DNA of 64,000 bases from Schizochytrium sp. TIO01 (GCA_004764695.1 SMSO01000032.1:1550001-1614000); one strand, 5' to 3'; shown: positions 11,469 through 22,640, counted from the first letter of the stretch. Notes: generated by a model not told the origin, from the sequence alone. Translations and numbers: made by a program.

Positions 11469-14400
11469 ATGACGAGCTCGCAAGCGGGCCGCAGCCGGCG
11501 CGCTGTTTCTGCGCGGACAGGCTGGCCTCAGTCCTTCGTGGCCGTTCTCGTGCTCGCGGCTGTCATATGCGTTGCCACCGTCGCTCAGGCCGATGTCGCG
11601 GACGTAGCAGAGGTCTGCGCGACGGGATCAGGGGCTATGCCAGGTGTAAAGGGCAATCCTGAATCGCTTATCGTACCAGAGACGGTGTGTGATGCTGCCT
11701 CCGATGCCTCTCAAGCACGGTTCGCGAGCTTTGAAGAACAAAAATCAAAGCCATCGCTAACGAATCTGAAACTCACTACCGAATCGAAAGCAGAACCAAG
11801 CGAGGATCTAGACAATGATTCAGACCCCAGTTTTCACTCCAGTATTGACTCAGGCTTAGACTTAGGTTTGGAATCTGACATGGTACCGGAAAACAACTTG
11901 GAGAACAGTAAGGAGGCGTCGAATAATGTACATTCGAAAGTTGGGGATGACCAAGATGTGGAAACAATAGCAGAAACGCCCCGAGAGAAAAAACGAGAAC
12001 CGTTGAGGGTCCTCAGCCCGGACGAATTCAAGAAGAAGCTCTTAGGTAACCAGACAGCCAATCTAAGCGCGAACGCAGCTGAGGAAGCTGAGCTGCATTT
12101 AGGGCAGAGCCAGAATGGCCAGAACTCTGAGCAACACCAACAGGCCACGTCTCACCATGAGCCAGAAAAGAACACGGAAAGTTCACTTTCAAAAGACGTG
12201 ATTAAGGATGAAGAATCTAGTCAGGAAGCAGAGAAGGATGCTAGTGAGGCAGAAGTGGAAATATTGGAAACGTCAAGTTCAGATGTTGTCAAGGATGAGG
12301 CCACAGGCCTTGGGCTGGTTGGGCTGGAGAATCGTGAAACAGAATATTTCGCTAGTGAGGATGTCCGTACTCATGAAGGCGATACAGATGCCGAGGTCGA
12401 GAAAGAGGCCACTGGCGACGATGTTTCTGTAGAACAGGAGCGTTTGGTTCCCTCAGCAATTGAAACTACTTCAGATGATAGCGTAATGAAGTCCCATCAA
12501 GACTCAGCTCAAAGAACGGTCGCTGAAGGTAAGCCGACTGAATTGCAAAATACAGCAAGCTCTGCTACAGCACCATCCTCAAACTCCGAGACAGCAGCGC
12601 CGACAAACATCGTCGCGAAAGCTAGTGCTAAACCTGATGAAATTGTAAAGTCCTCCCCTGCACAAGAGCCTCCATCGCGCAGCTTCACAGGTAATATGGG
12701 AACTGAGATGGAGCTTGCACGCAGACGCCGTCAAATTGAGGATGCCCTTGCTCAAGCTAAGGAGGAGAAAGCTGTTGAAGAGGCGATCTTGCAGGCTATC
12801 GAGGATGAGAAGTTCTCTTCAAGCGGAAAATTACTTAGCGAGGATGTAAGCGAGGCAAGTAGCGAAGGCGTTGTTGACTCCAATATGCAGCATGAAGTCG
12901 ACGACTCTGATCATCAAGAAGAGTCAAACTTATTTAACTATGCTTCACTAGACGCTGGCGCTATTATCCTCGGCTCCAACAAGGGTATGAAAGGTAGTTC
13001 ATCTCTTCTTGTAGACGATCGTGACAAATACGCGCTTTCACCTTGTGAGGAAAGCAAGTGGGTTACGATTGGCTTGAGCGAAGAGATTGAACCGGATGGA
13101 ATTGAAATTTCTAACTGGGAAAGATATTCCTCCACTTTGCGCAATTTTGAGGTGTGGGGCGCAAGCAAGTATCCTCAGTCTGATTGGATTTTACTGGGTG
13201 AATACGAAGCAGCACCTACTCGCATTGGTGTTCAAACCTTTACGATCCAAAATAAGGCATGGGTCAGATACCTCAAGTTCCGTTTCTTGACCCATTATGA
13301 TGATGAGTTTTACTGCACGCTAACTGAAATTCGGGTGTTTGGCTCTACCGATAAATTCGAGAAGATCCATAATGATCTTGATCGTAAAAGTAAGGAGATT
13401 CGGGCACTGAAGGAAAGTATTGACAATGCTTTCGTGCATGTGCCAGGTGGGTCTGGGGTCGCATCAGAGAATGGTTTTGTCGTCGGTGAAGCACATCATT
13501 TTGGCAATGATGAGCCACCTTCGATGATCGGTAGTAATAGTAATGACCATGCTGGGTCTGATGGGATCGGACTCGCAAATGATTCAACTGGTGTTTCTGT
13601 CTCAGGAACTGATGAGTTCATATCGTCCAACGACGCAAACGCTGGCGATAATACGGGGGTTCTACAGGAAGCAACTTCCGCGCCTAGTTCTACAAACCAG
13701 GATGTCATAGAGATAAATACCTCTCCAGAGGAAACAAGTGCCTCAGGATCTACTTTAGACAACACTGTGGATGATTTAGACAAGAATACTGGCGGAATGC
13801 AGGTTGATAATGTAGCAACGTCTCAGGTTGCAACTAAAACATCGAAGTCACCTCGGTTTCCAAACGGAATTCATTTATCTGCAACACAACCTCTCGAACC
13901 CGTTAGCGTACCTCCTACAGATTCTGAGGTTCAAACTACTCATGCACCTCAACAGCCTCCTATTCAACCTGCAGTTTTGAACTTGCGTGTGGTATCGGAT
14001 GATGAAAACTGCGCACCTGGAGAAGTTGAGGTTTCTTCTCTTGACGATGGCGCTGCAGCTGCCACTGGGATGTGCGCCGTATATGCCTTAGATACAAACA
14101 TGGTTAATGACAATCTGATGGACGCAATTGTAGAAGTTCTTATCCTCAACGGAAAACATACTGGCTCAGAGGTTGATGTTTGGACCTCGTGCCCTGAGCC
14201 CTTTGATGAAATTGGCATTTTGGATAGTGCAACAGAAAAAAAGAAAATCAAGGATGAGAAAGAGCAAGAGCAAGAGCAAGAGATTAACGAGACACCTGTA
14301 ATTCTGTGTGTATACCGCAGTCCTCTGTCTCCAGACTCTAAGCGGTTGGGATACTTGAGTTTGCGAAGTCATACAAATACATCAACTGGTCAATGCGCAT

Positions 14401-14708
14401 TCATTCCTCGATTAGGTTACGCTATTTGTGCTGGACCGTACATGGAAACGTATGCCCCTCTTGTCGTGGAGCTTGAACAAGCACTTGAGGCGGGTCACGT
14501 ACAACTGGATGTTCCCAACAGCCAACAAAATGCAGATATTCCGCTAGACTTGAAGACCGCAGAGGCTGATGCTGATATTATAGCTGCCCCTGCAACTGGA
14601 GTTACTAAAGAAGTCAGCGATTCTGGCCAACATTCTTCGGTTGGGACTCCCCCCACTTCAGGAACAAAAGTCCCTACTCAAAATCCTTCTTCCTTGCCAG
14701 CGTCCTAA
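11469..14708 (+). CDS. Mid-SUN domain protein (Slp1/SUCO-like), N-terminal ORF of a split gene
   Basis: Signal peptide; SUN domain FNYASLDAGA...DRDKYALSPC..KWVTIGLSEEI...NWERYSS...VRYLKFRFLTHYDDEFYCTLTEIRVFG; no C-terminal coiled coil or TM in this ORF. Confidence 0.9.
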   Translation: MTSSQAGRSRRAVSARTGWPQSFVAVLVLAAVICVATVAQADVADVAEVCATGSGAMPGVKGNPESLIVPETVCDAASDASQARFASFEEQKSKPSLTNLKLTTESKAEPSEDLDNDSDPSFHSSIDSGLDLGLESDMVPENNLENSKEASNNVHSKVGDDQDVETIAETPREKKREPLRVLSPDEFKKKLLGNQTANLSANAAEEAELHLGQSQNGQNSEQHQQATSHHEPEKNTESSLSKDVIKDEESSQEAEKDASEAEVEILETSSSDVVKDEATGLGLVGLENRETEYFASEDVRTHEGDTDAEVEKEATGDDVSVEQERLVPSAIETTSDDSVMKSHQDSAQRTVAEGKPTELQNTASSATAPSSNSETAAPTNIVAKASAKPDEIVKSSPAQEPPSRSFTGNMGTEMELARRRRQIEDALAQAKEEKAVEEAILQAIEDEKFSSSGKLLSEDVSEASSEGVVDSNMQHEVDDSDHQEESNLFNYASLDAGAIILGSNKGMKGSSSLLVDDRDKYALSPCEESKWVTIGLSEEIEPDGIEISNWERYSSTLRNFEVWGASKYPQSDWILLGEYEAAPTRIGVQTFTIQNKAWVRYLKFRFLTHYDDEFYCTLTEIRVFGSTDKFEKIHNDLDRKSKEIRALKESIDNAFVHVPGGSGVASENGFVVGEAHHFGNDEPPSMIGSNSNDHAGSDGIGLANDSTGVSVSGTDEFISSNDANAGDNTGVLQEATSAPSSTNQDVIEINTSPEETSASGSTLDNTVDDLDKNTGGMQVDNVATSQVATKTSKSPRFPNGIHLSATQPLEPVSVPPTDSEVQTTHAPQQPPIQPAVLNLRVVSDDENCAPGEVEVSSLDDGAAAATGMCAVYALDTNMVNDNLMDAIVEVLILNGKHTGSEVDVWTSCPEPFDEIGILDSATEKKKIKDEKEQEQEQEINETPVILCVYRSPLSPDSKRLGYLSLRSHTNTSTGQCAFIPRLGYAICAGPYMETYAPLVVELEQALEAGHVQLDVPNSQQNADIPLDLKTAEADADIIAAPATGVTKEVSDSGQHSSVGTPPTSGTKVPTQNPSSLPAS

Positions 14709-15366
14709 TTCAAATACTGGGAATACTGGGAGCACATCTTCATCTCAAGCAGCAACTGGTTCTTCTGGTGGAACCGGTGGAACCGGTGGAGCCTTAAGCT
14801 CAAACAATTCAAGTTCGTCCCCAGGAACAATAAATGAGAATGACTCTACACATGTACGCTCGTCTTCACATGGTAGTGCTAGCAGTAATGCTAGATCAAG
14901 ATCTAGTGGTCACGCTACAACTTCTTTAGAAAGCGTATTCAAGTCTTTGACAGACAAAATCATGGACCTGGAAATTGATCAGTCACTTTTCAAAAAGTAT
15001 CTCGAGGAAATCAACAGCAAATACGCATCGGCTATTCGTGAATTACAACAAGATCTTGAGGTCTCTGATCGTACGCATGGGGAGTTCCACGAAAAGATTC
15101 GAGATCTCAATGCAATTCTTGCTCGAATTGACGGCGAAGCAAGCGTAGCACGACAAGCGTCTGGTGTCCAGCAGGAGGAGGTCAGGCGATTGCAAGATGA
15201 TCTTCACGATCTTCGTTCACATGCGTTTGCACTTGAGTCCACTTTGGAAGATGTCATTCTTGGGTCATTCTTGGTTATAAGTGTTTTGGGTATCACCCTC
15301 ATTGCTGTATGCTTGCGATTGTACTGTTTTTCTCATAACACGGTCGTGTACCAATACATGAATTGA
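14700..15366 (+). CDS. C-terminal part of the mid-SUN protein (coiled coil + TM) in the +1 frame
   Basis: ESVFKSLTDKIMDLEIDQSLFKKYLEEINSKY resembles the Slp1/SUCO coiled-coil motif and is followed by a TM helix; joined gene 11469..15366 would be ~1298 aa. Confidence 0.85.
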
Positions 15367-16157
15367 AGATCTTATTTTCTAAACGACATCTTTATATGAT
15401 CTACTGACAGTCTACACCACATTTGACTTATCTAGTAGTTCACCTTATATACATACATCTATACTCTTTTGATTTATAATGCCACAATTTGATTTCAATT
15501 GGTTTTTCGTTCATTTTTGCAGTTTAAGAAATAATCCCACGCTCTCAATCGCCTAGTGGTAGAAGTAAACCCAGTTCTTTGACCCAAGTGCAATTTAACT
15601 TCCCTAACCAGCCATTATTCCATGAGCCCCACCATTTCATGGGCTTTCATATATTCTTTCGATTATCTCCTACAAACCTACTGTCGTGTATCTAAGTGCC
15701 ATCAGTACTTAATCTTCAAAGTTGAAATCTTTTGACAAAAAACAAAAAACAGTTTTTGTTCTGGTTTTTGTCTTTCCCAAAAATGTGGAGCAAGAGTGCA
15801 TAGGTGTTGTATAGGGGAATGCGGGGAACAAATATGGCAAGGTGATTGGCCATCGAAGGATTGGTGAAAAGAAAGGGAAGGTTTTCCATTGGCCTTTAGT
15901 TGTGTTTGCTGTTCTGCGCAAGAATTAATCATTGGCGCGAGAGTTCGCGCTTGCAATTCCAAAGCGGGTCACGTCCGCTAAGGTCTTAGTTCTACAGTCA
16001 CAGCTTGCGTTGGAAAGAACGCAGAGGCTTTCGTTAGGCCCATCGCAGCCTGAGCTGCTCGCTTGAGGTTGCTCCTGCGTGGAAAAGTTGGAGTTCGTTC
16101 GATCGGACTCGACACCGAGGGAAACAACGAGTCTTTCTTTACAGATCAATCGGTGCC

Positions 16158-19100
16158 ATGTGGAGCTCCAGTGACGATGCCGCAGGTCGGCAGATGTACT
16201 ACAGACGCACTCGCAGAGGCCGCGTGCAGCATGTGGTCCGCGAGCGGTACCTCCGTGACGACGTGGGCTTCGGTACCCTGGCTGGTCGCGGTGATTTGCG
16301 TGATGAAGAAGCTTTAAGCGAGGTCTTGGGTGACGAGCATCGCGACTCCAAAACTGGTATGCGACAGCTGCTCGTGCTAGACACTAATGTGGTGCTTCAC
16401 CAGATGGATTTGCTCGAGGTGGAGGACTGCGCTCCGCTGCAGAATGCCGTGCTGCTCGAGACCGTTCTCTCAGAAACCAAGAAGAACAACTTGGGACTGT
16501 ACAATAGGCTAGTGCTGCTCATGCGTGACGACAAAAGATGTTTCGTGGCCTTCGCCAACGAGCACCACCGCGAGACCTTCCGTGAACAGGACCCTAACGA
16601 GACACCTAATGACTACAATGACCGCCTGATCCGCGAGGCAGCTGCCTGGTTCAAACTGCAGGTCGAGGGTGAAGGTATCGCTCGCGTGGTGCTGGTTACT
16701 AACGACCGCAAGAACCGGGACCTTGCGATTAAGGCAGGACTTCATGCTGTCACAATCCACTCTTACGTCGCATCGCTAAAGGGAAGCCACCCGAACCTTG
16801 TTGAGATGCTCGCTGGCAAGGATAACGAAGACGATAGCGCAGACGACACGGACCGCGATGGAGCAAGCACCGTGTCTGGGAGACTCTCGGGACCCCGCGA
16901 TGCCAAGTTTGCTGCACATCTCTCGGAACCTGAAATTAATCGCAGACTGAAGACCGGTGCGGTATTACAAGGTACCTTCAGAGCGAGCCCGTACGCTCGA
17001 GATGAGGCAACTGTTATGACTTACAGTGCCGACGGCCAGGCACAAAAGATTGTCATCAAGGGACACGCATACATGAATCGTGCGGTTGAAGGTGATCGAG
17101 TTGCAGTGGTTCGTCTCACCTCTCAAGAGGCAATCGAGGCAGCAAATGATGACGCAAACAGCGATGCAGGGGACGAGGCTGCAGATGCACAAGAGGGACT
17201 TGCAGACGAAGTCGCTCAGGAGCCGGGTGAGGCCAGTCTTGTGGGTACCAAGCTGCCCACAGCGAAGGAAAGCGATGGCAACTCGACAATGACGACTGTA
17301 AGAGGAAAGGTCGTGGGTATTATCAAGAGGAACTGGCGCCAGTACTGTGGATCCGTAGATGAACGTGACGCCACACGCGTGGTGAAGGGCGAGCACGTGC
17401 TCATCGTCCCTGTGGACCCGAAATTACCGAAGATTAGGATTCGCACGCGGCAGCTAGACGCTATCAAGGATAAGCGGATCATGGTCAGTATTGATGGATG
17501 GGATCGCTTCTCGACGTTCCCAGACGGCCACTTTGTGAAGGTTATGGGAGAGATTGGTGATCGCGAGACAGAAACAGCAGTCCTGCTACATGAGCATGAT
17601 ATCCCAACTCTTGAGTTCTCTCGAAAGGTGATGAAATGTCTCCCTCGTGAGGGCGCGGAATGGAAGGTCACGCCGGAGAACTCCAAGGGCCGTGTTGACT
17701 TGCGTCATTTGCCAGTCTGTAGTATCGATCCCCCCGGCTGTAAGGATATTGACGATGCTCTACACGTCCGCCGCCTTGAGAATGGCAACCTTGAGGTTGG
17801 TGTTCATATTGCTGATGTTACGCATTTTGTTCGTCATGACACTGAAATTGATAAGGAAGCTGCAAGTCGTGGTACTTCAACTTATTTGGTGGAGCGTCGT
17901 CTTGATATGTTGCCTGGGCTGCTTACAACTGATATTTGCTCACTGCGTGGTGGTGTAGATCGTTTTGCCTTTTCGGTTATCTGGGAGTTTACACCCCCCA
18001 AGGATGCTATGGATGAACCTCAGAACAAGCGCCGCAAGGTTGACAAGAAGTCTGCGACCAAAATGGATACAGATAACGACGAAGAGGATGATGGTCGTGG
18101 ACTCAAACAGATCAACGTCCGCTTTTGCAAGAGTATTATTCACTCAAAGGCTGCTCTGAGCTATGGCGAGGCTCAAGCTTGGCTCGATGACTCTAATGCT
18201 ACTGGCGACTTGCCTGACAATGTTCGGATGCTTAATCGTATTGCTCGGGTCTTGCGCCAGCGTCGCATTGATGCAGGCGCCTTGAGTCTTGCTTCCCAGG
18301 AGGTTCGTTTTAAGCTTGACAATGACTCCCATGACCCGACTGATGTGGAAATGTACCAGCAGAAGGAGGCCAACGCTCTTGTTGAAGAGTTCATGCTTTT
18401 AGCTAACATTACTGTGGCCAAGCGTATTGTTGAACGTTACCCTCGCTGCTCAATGTTGCGCCGCCATCCAAGCCCTGCAAAGGAGATGTTTGATGAGCTT
18501 CTTCAGGCCGCTAAAATTCATAATGTTGATCTAAGCGTGGACTCCTCAAAGGCTCTTGCTGATTCTTTGGATCGTGCTGTGCGTCCAGGCAAGCCATTTT
18601 TCAACAAACTCTTTCGGATTCTCACCACGCGCTGCATGATGCAAGCCGTGTACTTTATTTCTGGAGATTACGCCCCCCTTGAATACCGTCATTACGGTTT
18701 AGCATCGCCGATTTATACTCACTTCACCTCCCCCATTCGGCGGTATGCTGATGTTGTTGTACACCGTCTCTTAGCTGCTGCTGAAAATATCGACCCGCTC
18801 CCTGTGACCTACGAATCGAAGGACTCCATGAAGGAGCTTTGTGACAACCTCAACAAGCGCCACCACAATGCTCAACTTGCTGGACGTGCCTCTATCGCGC
18901 TTCATACTGTCGTGTTCTTCCGTGGACGAACCACAGAGACAACTGCTATGGTATCTCGTGTACGGGAGCGTGGTATTGTTGTTGTGGTTCCCGAGTACGG
19001 TATTGAGGGCAAAATCGCATTTGCCAAGAGCGATGCTGAGGCCAAGAAATCATTTGACTACAATCCCGATCAAATGCTCATTCGCCACAAGGCTAGCGGC

Positions 19101-19388
19101 AAGCAGGTGCAGATTTTTGATGAAGTTAAGGTCAAGCTTTGGGTGTACCGTTCTGCGGCCTATCGCGAGTCTTTGATTGTATCTCTTGTAGACCCGGCTA
19201 TTCCGTGCATTGAGCCTGAGACTTCTTCTGACAAGAACAAGAACAAGTTGATCAAATCTTCCGGCGACGATGAGGATAAGGAGATGTCTGATGTGGAGGA
19301 TGACATGAAGGCAAAGAAAAAGAAGTCTGCCCCTTCAAATAAGACCCCAAAAGCACAGTCAAAGTCCAAAAGAGCCAAGAAGAAATAA
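16158..19388 (+). CDS. DIS3: Exosome catalytic subunit DIS3/RRP44 (PIN + CSD + RNB + S1)
   Basis: VVRERYLRDD, PIN (VLDTNVVLHQ, FANEHH, NDYNDR, VTND), RNB (SIDPPGCKDIDDALH, HYGLASPIYTHFTSPIRRYAD), basic NLS-like tail. Confidence 0.96.
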   Translation: MWSSSDDAAGRQMYYRRTRRGRVQHVVRERYLRDDVGFGTLAGRGDLRDEEALSEVLGDEHRDSKTGMRQLLVLDTNVVLHQMDLLEVEDCAPLQNAVLLETVLSETKKNNLGLYNRLVLLMRDDKRCFVAFANEHHRETFREQDPNETPNDYNDRLIREAAAWFKLQVEGEGIARVVLVTNDRKNRDLAIKAGLHAVTIHSYVASLKGSHPNLVEMLAGKDNEDDSADDTDRDGASTVSGRLSGPRDAKFAAHLSEPEINRRLKTGAVLQGTFRASPYARDEATVMTYSADGQAQKIVIKGHAYMNRAVEGDRVAVVRLTSQEAIEAANDDANSDAGDEAADAQEGLADEVAQEPGEASLVGTKLPTAKESDGNSTMTTVRGKVVGIIKRNWRQYCGSVDERDATRVVKGEHVLIVPVDPKLPKIRIRTRQLDAIKDKRIMVSIDGWDRFSTFPDGHFVKVMGEIGDRETETAVLLHEHDIPTLEFSRKVMKCLPREGAEWKVTPENSKGRVDLRHLPVCSIDPPGCKDIDDALHVRRLENGNLEVGVHIADVTHFVRHDTEIDKEAASRGTSTYLVERRLDMLPGLLTTDICSLRGGVDRFAFSVIWEFTPPKDAMDEPQNKRRKVDKKSATKMDTDNDEEDDGRGLKQINVRFCKSIIHSKAALSYGEAQAWLDDSNATGDLPDNVRMLNRIARVLRQRRIDAGALSLASQEVRFKLDNDSHDPTDVEMYQQKEANALVEEFMLLANITVAKRIVERYPRCSMLRRHPSPAKEMFDELLQAAKIHNVDLSVDSSKALADSLDRAVRPGKPFFNKLFRILTTRCMMQAVYFISGDYAPLEYRHYGLASPIYTHFTSPIRRYADVVVHRLLAAAENIDPLPVTYESKDSMKELCDNLNKRHHNAQLAGRASIALHTVVFFRGRTTETTAMVSRVRERGIVVVVPEYGIEGKIAFAKSDAEAKKSFDYNPDQMLIRHKASGKQVQIFDEVKVKLWVYRSAAYRESLIVSLVDPAIPCIEPETSSDKNKNKLIKSSGDDEDKEMSDVEDDMKAKKKKSAPSNKTPKAQSKSKRAKKK

Positions 19389-19538
19389 ACACCAGTAACG
19401 AAACGTAATAAACAAAATCTAATGATCTTGATAATGGCTAAATGTTTATTCCAGCTATATAATGATTTTTTCTGATACATTCAAAATGGACCATTGAAAT
19501 TATAATTGAGCAGAGAATTAAAATGTACAACTTGTTTT

Positions 19539-21224
19539 TTATAAAAATTTTGCAATACCAGTGACCTCGAATCGTCGCCCAGCAAATGATTCCTGCATAG
19601 CAGATTCCAAGTCGCGTTTTAAAATCTTGACACGGTTTTCTAGAGCAATACGCTTCGGCACAAGGCGTTTCTTTTCGGCTTGTAGTTGGTCAACTCTAGT
19701 GTTCCACTTACGCAATGTATCTCTTGCTTTGTCTTCAAGACCTCTTTGATATTCAAGGTCAAGAACCATACGCTGAAATCGTGGGCCTCCCTTGTCCACA
19801 ATTGTAAGTTCGATGAGCTCCTTGTCTTCAAGTGATGCTTGAACACCCGATACGGCTTCTAAAAAGCTCTCAATATCTTCACGTGATCGAATTGCAACTG
19901 CACTATTATTTAACCAAGCTGTTGCAGCACTCCCGTTGTGGGATGATGTAGCAGAACTCTCAAGTTGACGTTGTCGCAAGAAAGCTTTCAGAAGATATAA
20001 ATCTCTCAGCACAGCGTCTCGGACGACAGCAGAGAACAATAAGCTTGATTCCACTGCATCTACTTCCTTCAGAGTTACTGCGTCCTTCGCAATCTCGGAA
20101 TCACTTGCTGTGCTTGATTGAGAAGGTTCAAAATCTAAATCTATATCCCAGTCGATCTCATCATTTGACCCTGTGGATCCCTGGTCTCCACTACTTTCCA
20201 CAGGACTTGATGTAGAAGCGCGTACTACCTGCATTGAAGCTTGCAGCAAGGTGTATTGATTGCAATACATTTGGTCAGAAAGTAAATCTTGCTGCGCTTC
20301 TGGTCTCTGCTGCTCCTTCAACTCTGACAAACTATGGGGAACGTTAAAGCTTTGCGCGCGTACGTCACATATATTGTTTAACACCTTTCGCCTAACGCTC
20401 ACATCCATGTCACTCGAATGTGATTCGCGCACGAAATCGTCGAAATAGTCAATAGTAGCTGTTAGGGCAGGTTGTTGCAATAGCTCCCATATTGCTTGAA
20501 GTTTTTTGGGAAGGCCTGACTCAGCATGTATTTGAAGCTCTGATGCAATCGCAACTCCAAGAATACCAAGTTCTTTACACCTTTTTTGAAATTCTCGGTG
20601 GTGAGTTGTGATAGTTTTCTCTGCTGAGCATGCCTTCTTTCGCGCTGCTGTAAGTTCTCGATCAACTTTAGCAAGATGACTCAACACAAAGGAGAGGTCG
20701 AATTGGACATGTCTTTCCAACAGTCTAGCAGCCTGCACAAGATGCATTTTCTCTACTTGAAACGCGTTGAGCACTTGCCGCAAATTTTCTGAGTCTCCGT
20801 CCACGTAGTAAAGTTCCCCAAAAAACTTGTACCGTGCTTGTTGAGCTCTGCGGTCCTCAGGAAGTTTCGCTAGAACGGCCTGAAGCCCTCGTTGCAAGTC
20901 AAAGAAGGTAATCTCGGTGGTCACTTCAAGGGCGCAAAGAGCCTCAACATCTTCTCGCGCAGTTTTTGCTTCTTCCCTAGCTTCAAGACTCAACTTCTTC
21001 AGCGTATTAGTTGTTTCATTGTGCAGAGCATCGATTTTTTTGCGGCAAGCAGGTGCTTCTACATCGACGATGCCGCCATTTCGCAGTAGTTCTTCCACAC
21101 GGTCAACACGCACACGTACTGGTGGGAGTGAAGCAGGGTCCTCGATTTCTATAGAGCCTGAAACAAGACCCAATCTCCGAGCTGCCATAGTAGCAGCGTC
21201 CACGAGAGTCGCCATGACGCCCAT
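19539..21224 (-). CDS. CDK5RAP3: CDK5RAP3/C53 (UFMylation/ER-phagy adaptor)
   Basis: Helical segment HLVQAARLLERHVQFDL...FQKRCKELGILG resembles C53; disordered linker with DEIDWD shuffled AIM; C-terminal coiled coil ending GRRFEVTG; first ATG at 21224 (track start is TTG). Confidence 0.8.
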   Translation of the reverse strand: MGVMATLVDAATMAARRLGLVSGSIEIEDPASLPPVRVRVDRVEELLRNGGIVDVEAPACRKKIDALHNETTNTLKKLSLEAREEAKTAREDVEALCALEVTTEITFFDLQRGLQAVLAKLPEDRRAQQARYKFFGELYYVDGDSENLRQVLNAFQVEKMHLVQAARLLERHVQFDLSFVLSHLAKVDRELTAARKKACSAEKTITTHHREFQKRCKELGILGVAIASELQIHAESGLPKKLQAIWELLQQPALTATIDYFDDFVRESHSSDMDVSVRRKVLNNICDVRAQSFNVPHSLSELKEQQRPEAQQDLLSDQMYCNQYTLLQASMQVVRASTSSPVESSGDQGSTGSNDEIDWDIDLDFEPSQSSTASDSEIAKDAVTLKEVDAVESSLLFSAVVRDAVLRDLYLLKAFLRQRQLESSATSSHNGSAATAWLNNSAVAIRSREDIESFLEAVSGVQASLEDKELIELTIVDKGGPRFQRMVLDLEYQRGLEDKARDTLRKWNTRVDQLQAEKKRLVPKRIALENRVKILKRDLESAMQESFAGRRFEVTGIAKFL

Positions 21225-21713
21225 GCTATCCCCAGACGTTTGATTTTGCAAATATTTTGTTTTGACACTGATAGTTTTTTAATTATGATAGATGTGAGTG
21301 ATATCATGACATATTGGGGGCGTCAGAGGAAGTATAAAATAGATATTTCTGAAATGCAGAGCTCCATACGTCAAGATTTCGCGAAAATAATTACACCTTG
21401 ATCTGAAGATGGTTCACTGTTGACTATTCATGGTATTCGCAAGGTCTTGATGCCTCGTACATTTCGGAAATTTTAGATGTGGGATGCTATTGACCTCTGT
21501 ATTCACACTCATGGCCAGACTAAGGTTGATTCTTCTGTACTTGAATTTTTTGAGTCTATGGAGATCTTATTCGAGTAACCCTGTTGATAAAAAGACGCCT
21601 TATTCAACATTTGGCCCAGAAAAACTTTGCGCCCTTACTTGGTGAGATACCTTTTACAAAATAAAATAAAATATGAGAATTGCTTTGAATGTGGCTGAGC
21701 TTGAGGTCTCATA

Positions 21714-22640
21714 TTAGACTTGTGCAGAATACATAAAGAACGACGCTGACCGCAACTTTGAGACCGCATTAGCATGGCCATTCCGCTGTGCAAGCTGAAT
21801 TGCCGAACATCCTTGGTTAGTTTCTGTTGATGTAATCAAATGACGCAACTCTTTTGCTTTCAATTTCTTGCAGGCATGTTCAATGAGGACTTCCAACAAC
21901 TCAACATTTCCTGTTTCAGCTGGAGTGTGCAATACGTTGTGTCTTGTGTAGGCGATTTCTGCGCAGATATCCGCTCCATGATTAAGCAATAACCGTGCCA
22001 TAGCTGCATCCTTAGTTAGCAAGAGTGAAGTGCGACCATCACGGTCGCTAGCATTAATGTCAGCACCAGCAAGGATCAAGTACTTTGCGCAAAGCAACTG
22101 CGAATTTCGGGCAGCGCCCATCAGGGCTGTCCACCCGCGATTATCATGAAGGTTAATGTGCTCAAGTTTTGAGGCACGCCCTGTCAGTAGTAATTTACAT
22201 AATTTAGAATGCCCTGACCGTGCTGCCAGCATAAGACAGCTGCTTCCACGCGCATCCACCTTGCATGGATCGAGACCACGAGACACAAGTAGTCGTACTG
22301 CGTCTGCGTGACCACATTTGCAGGCCCAGTGCAAGGCTGATCGACCATCATGAGGGTCTGCAATGGCTCGTACATCGCAGCCTAGTTCTATCAGCTGTGA
22401 GATAGTAGCTGTTGCGCCAGTTTGCGAAGCAAGCGCCAACGGTTTCGCAAGGCCCGAGCTCCCTCCACGTCCTTGCCCTGCCCCTTCCTTCCGAATTAGG
22501 TTCTTTGCAAGGTTATACCAATTGTGCTTACATGCCTCTTCAAGATCCCTCTCTATGTCAGCTCGTCTTCTTGCAACGCGTTGCTGCCGTGGAGGAGGTT
22601 TTATAGAGGCTGTTTTTGTAATTGGACTTTTGAGGCTAGC
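21714..22640 (-). CDS. Ankyrin repeat protein (~6-7 repeats)
   Basis: GRSALHWAC, GSSCLMLAA, GWTALMGAA, GADINASDRDGRTSL; first ATG at 22640. Confidence 0.9.
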   Translation of the reverse strand, partial: ASLKSPITKTASIKPPPRQQRVARRRADIERDLEEACKHNWYNLAKNLIRKEGAGQGRGGSSGLAKPLALASQTGATATISQLIELGCDVRAIADPHDGRSALHWACKCGHADAVRLLVSRGLDPCKVDARGSSCLMLAARSGHSKLCKLLLTGRASKLEHINLHDNRGWTALMGAARNSQLLCAKYLILAGADINASDRDGRTSLLLTKDAAMARLLLNHGADICAEIAYTRHNVLHTPAETGNVELLEVLIEHACKKLKAKELRHLITSTETNQGCSAIQLAQRNGHANAVSKLRSASFFMYSAQV

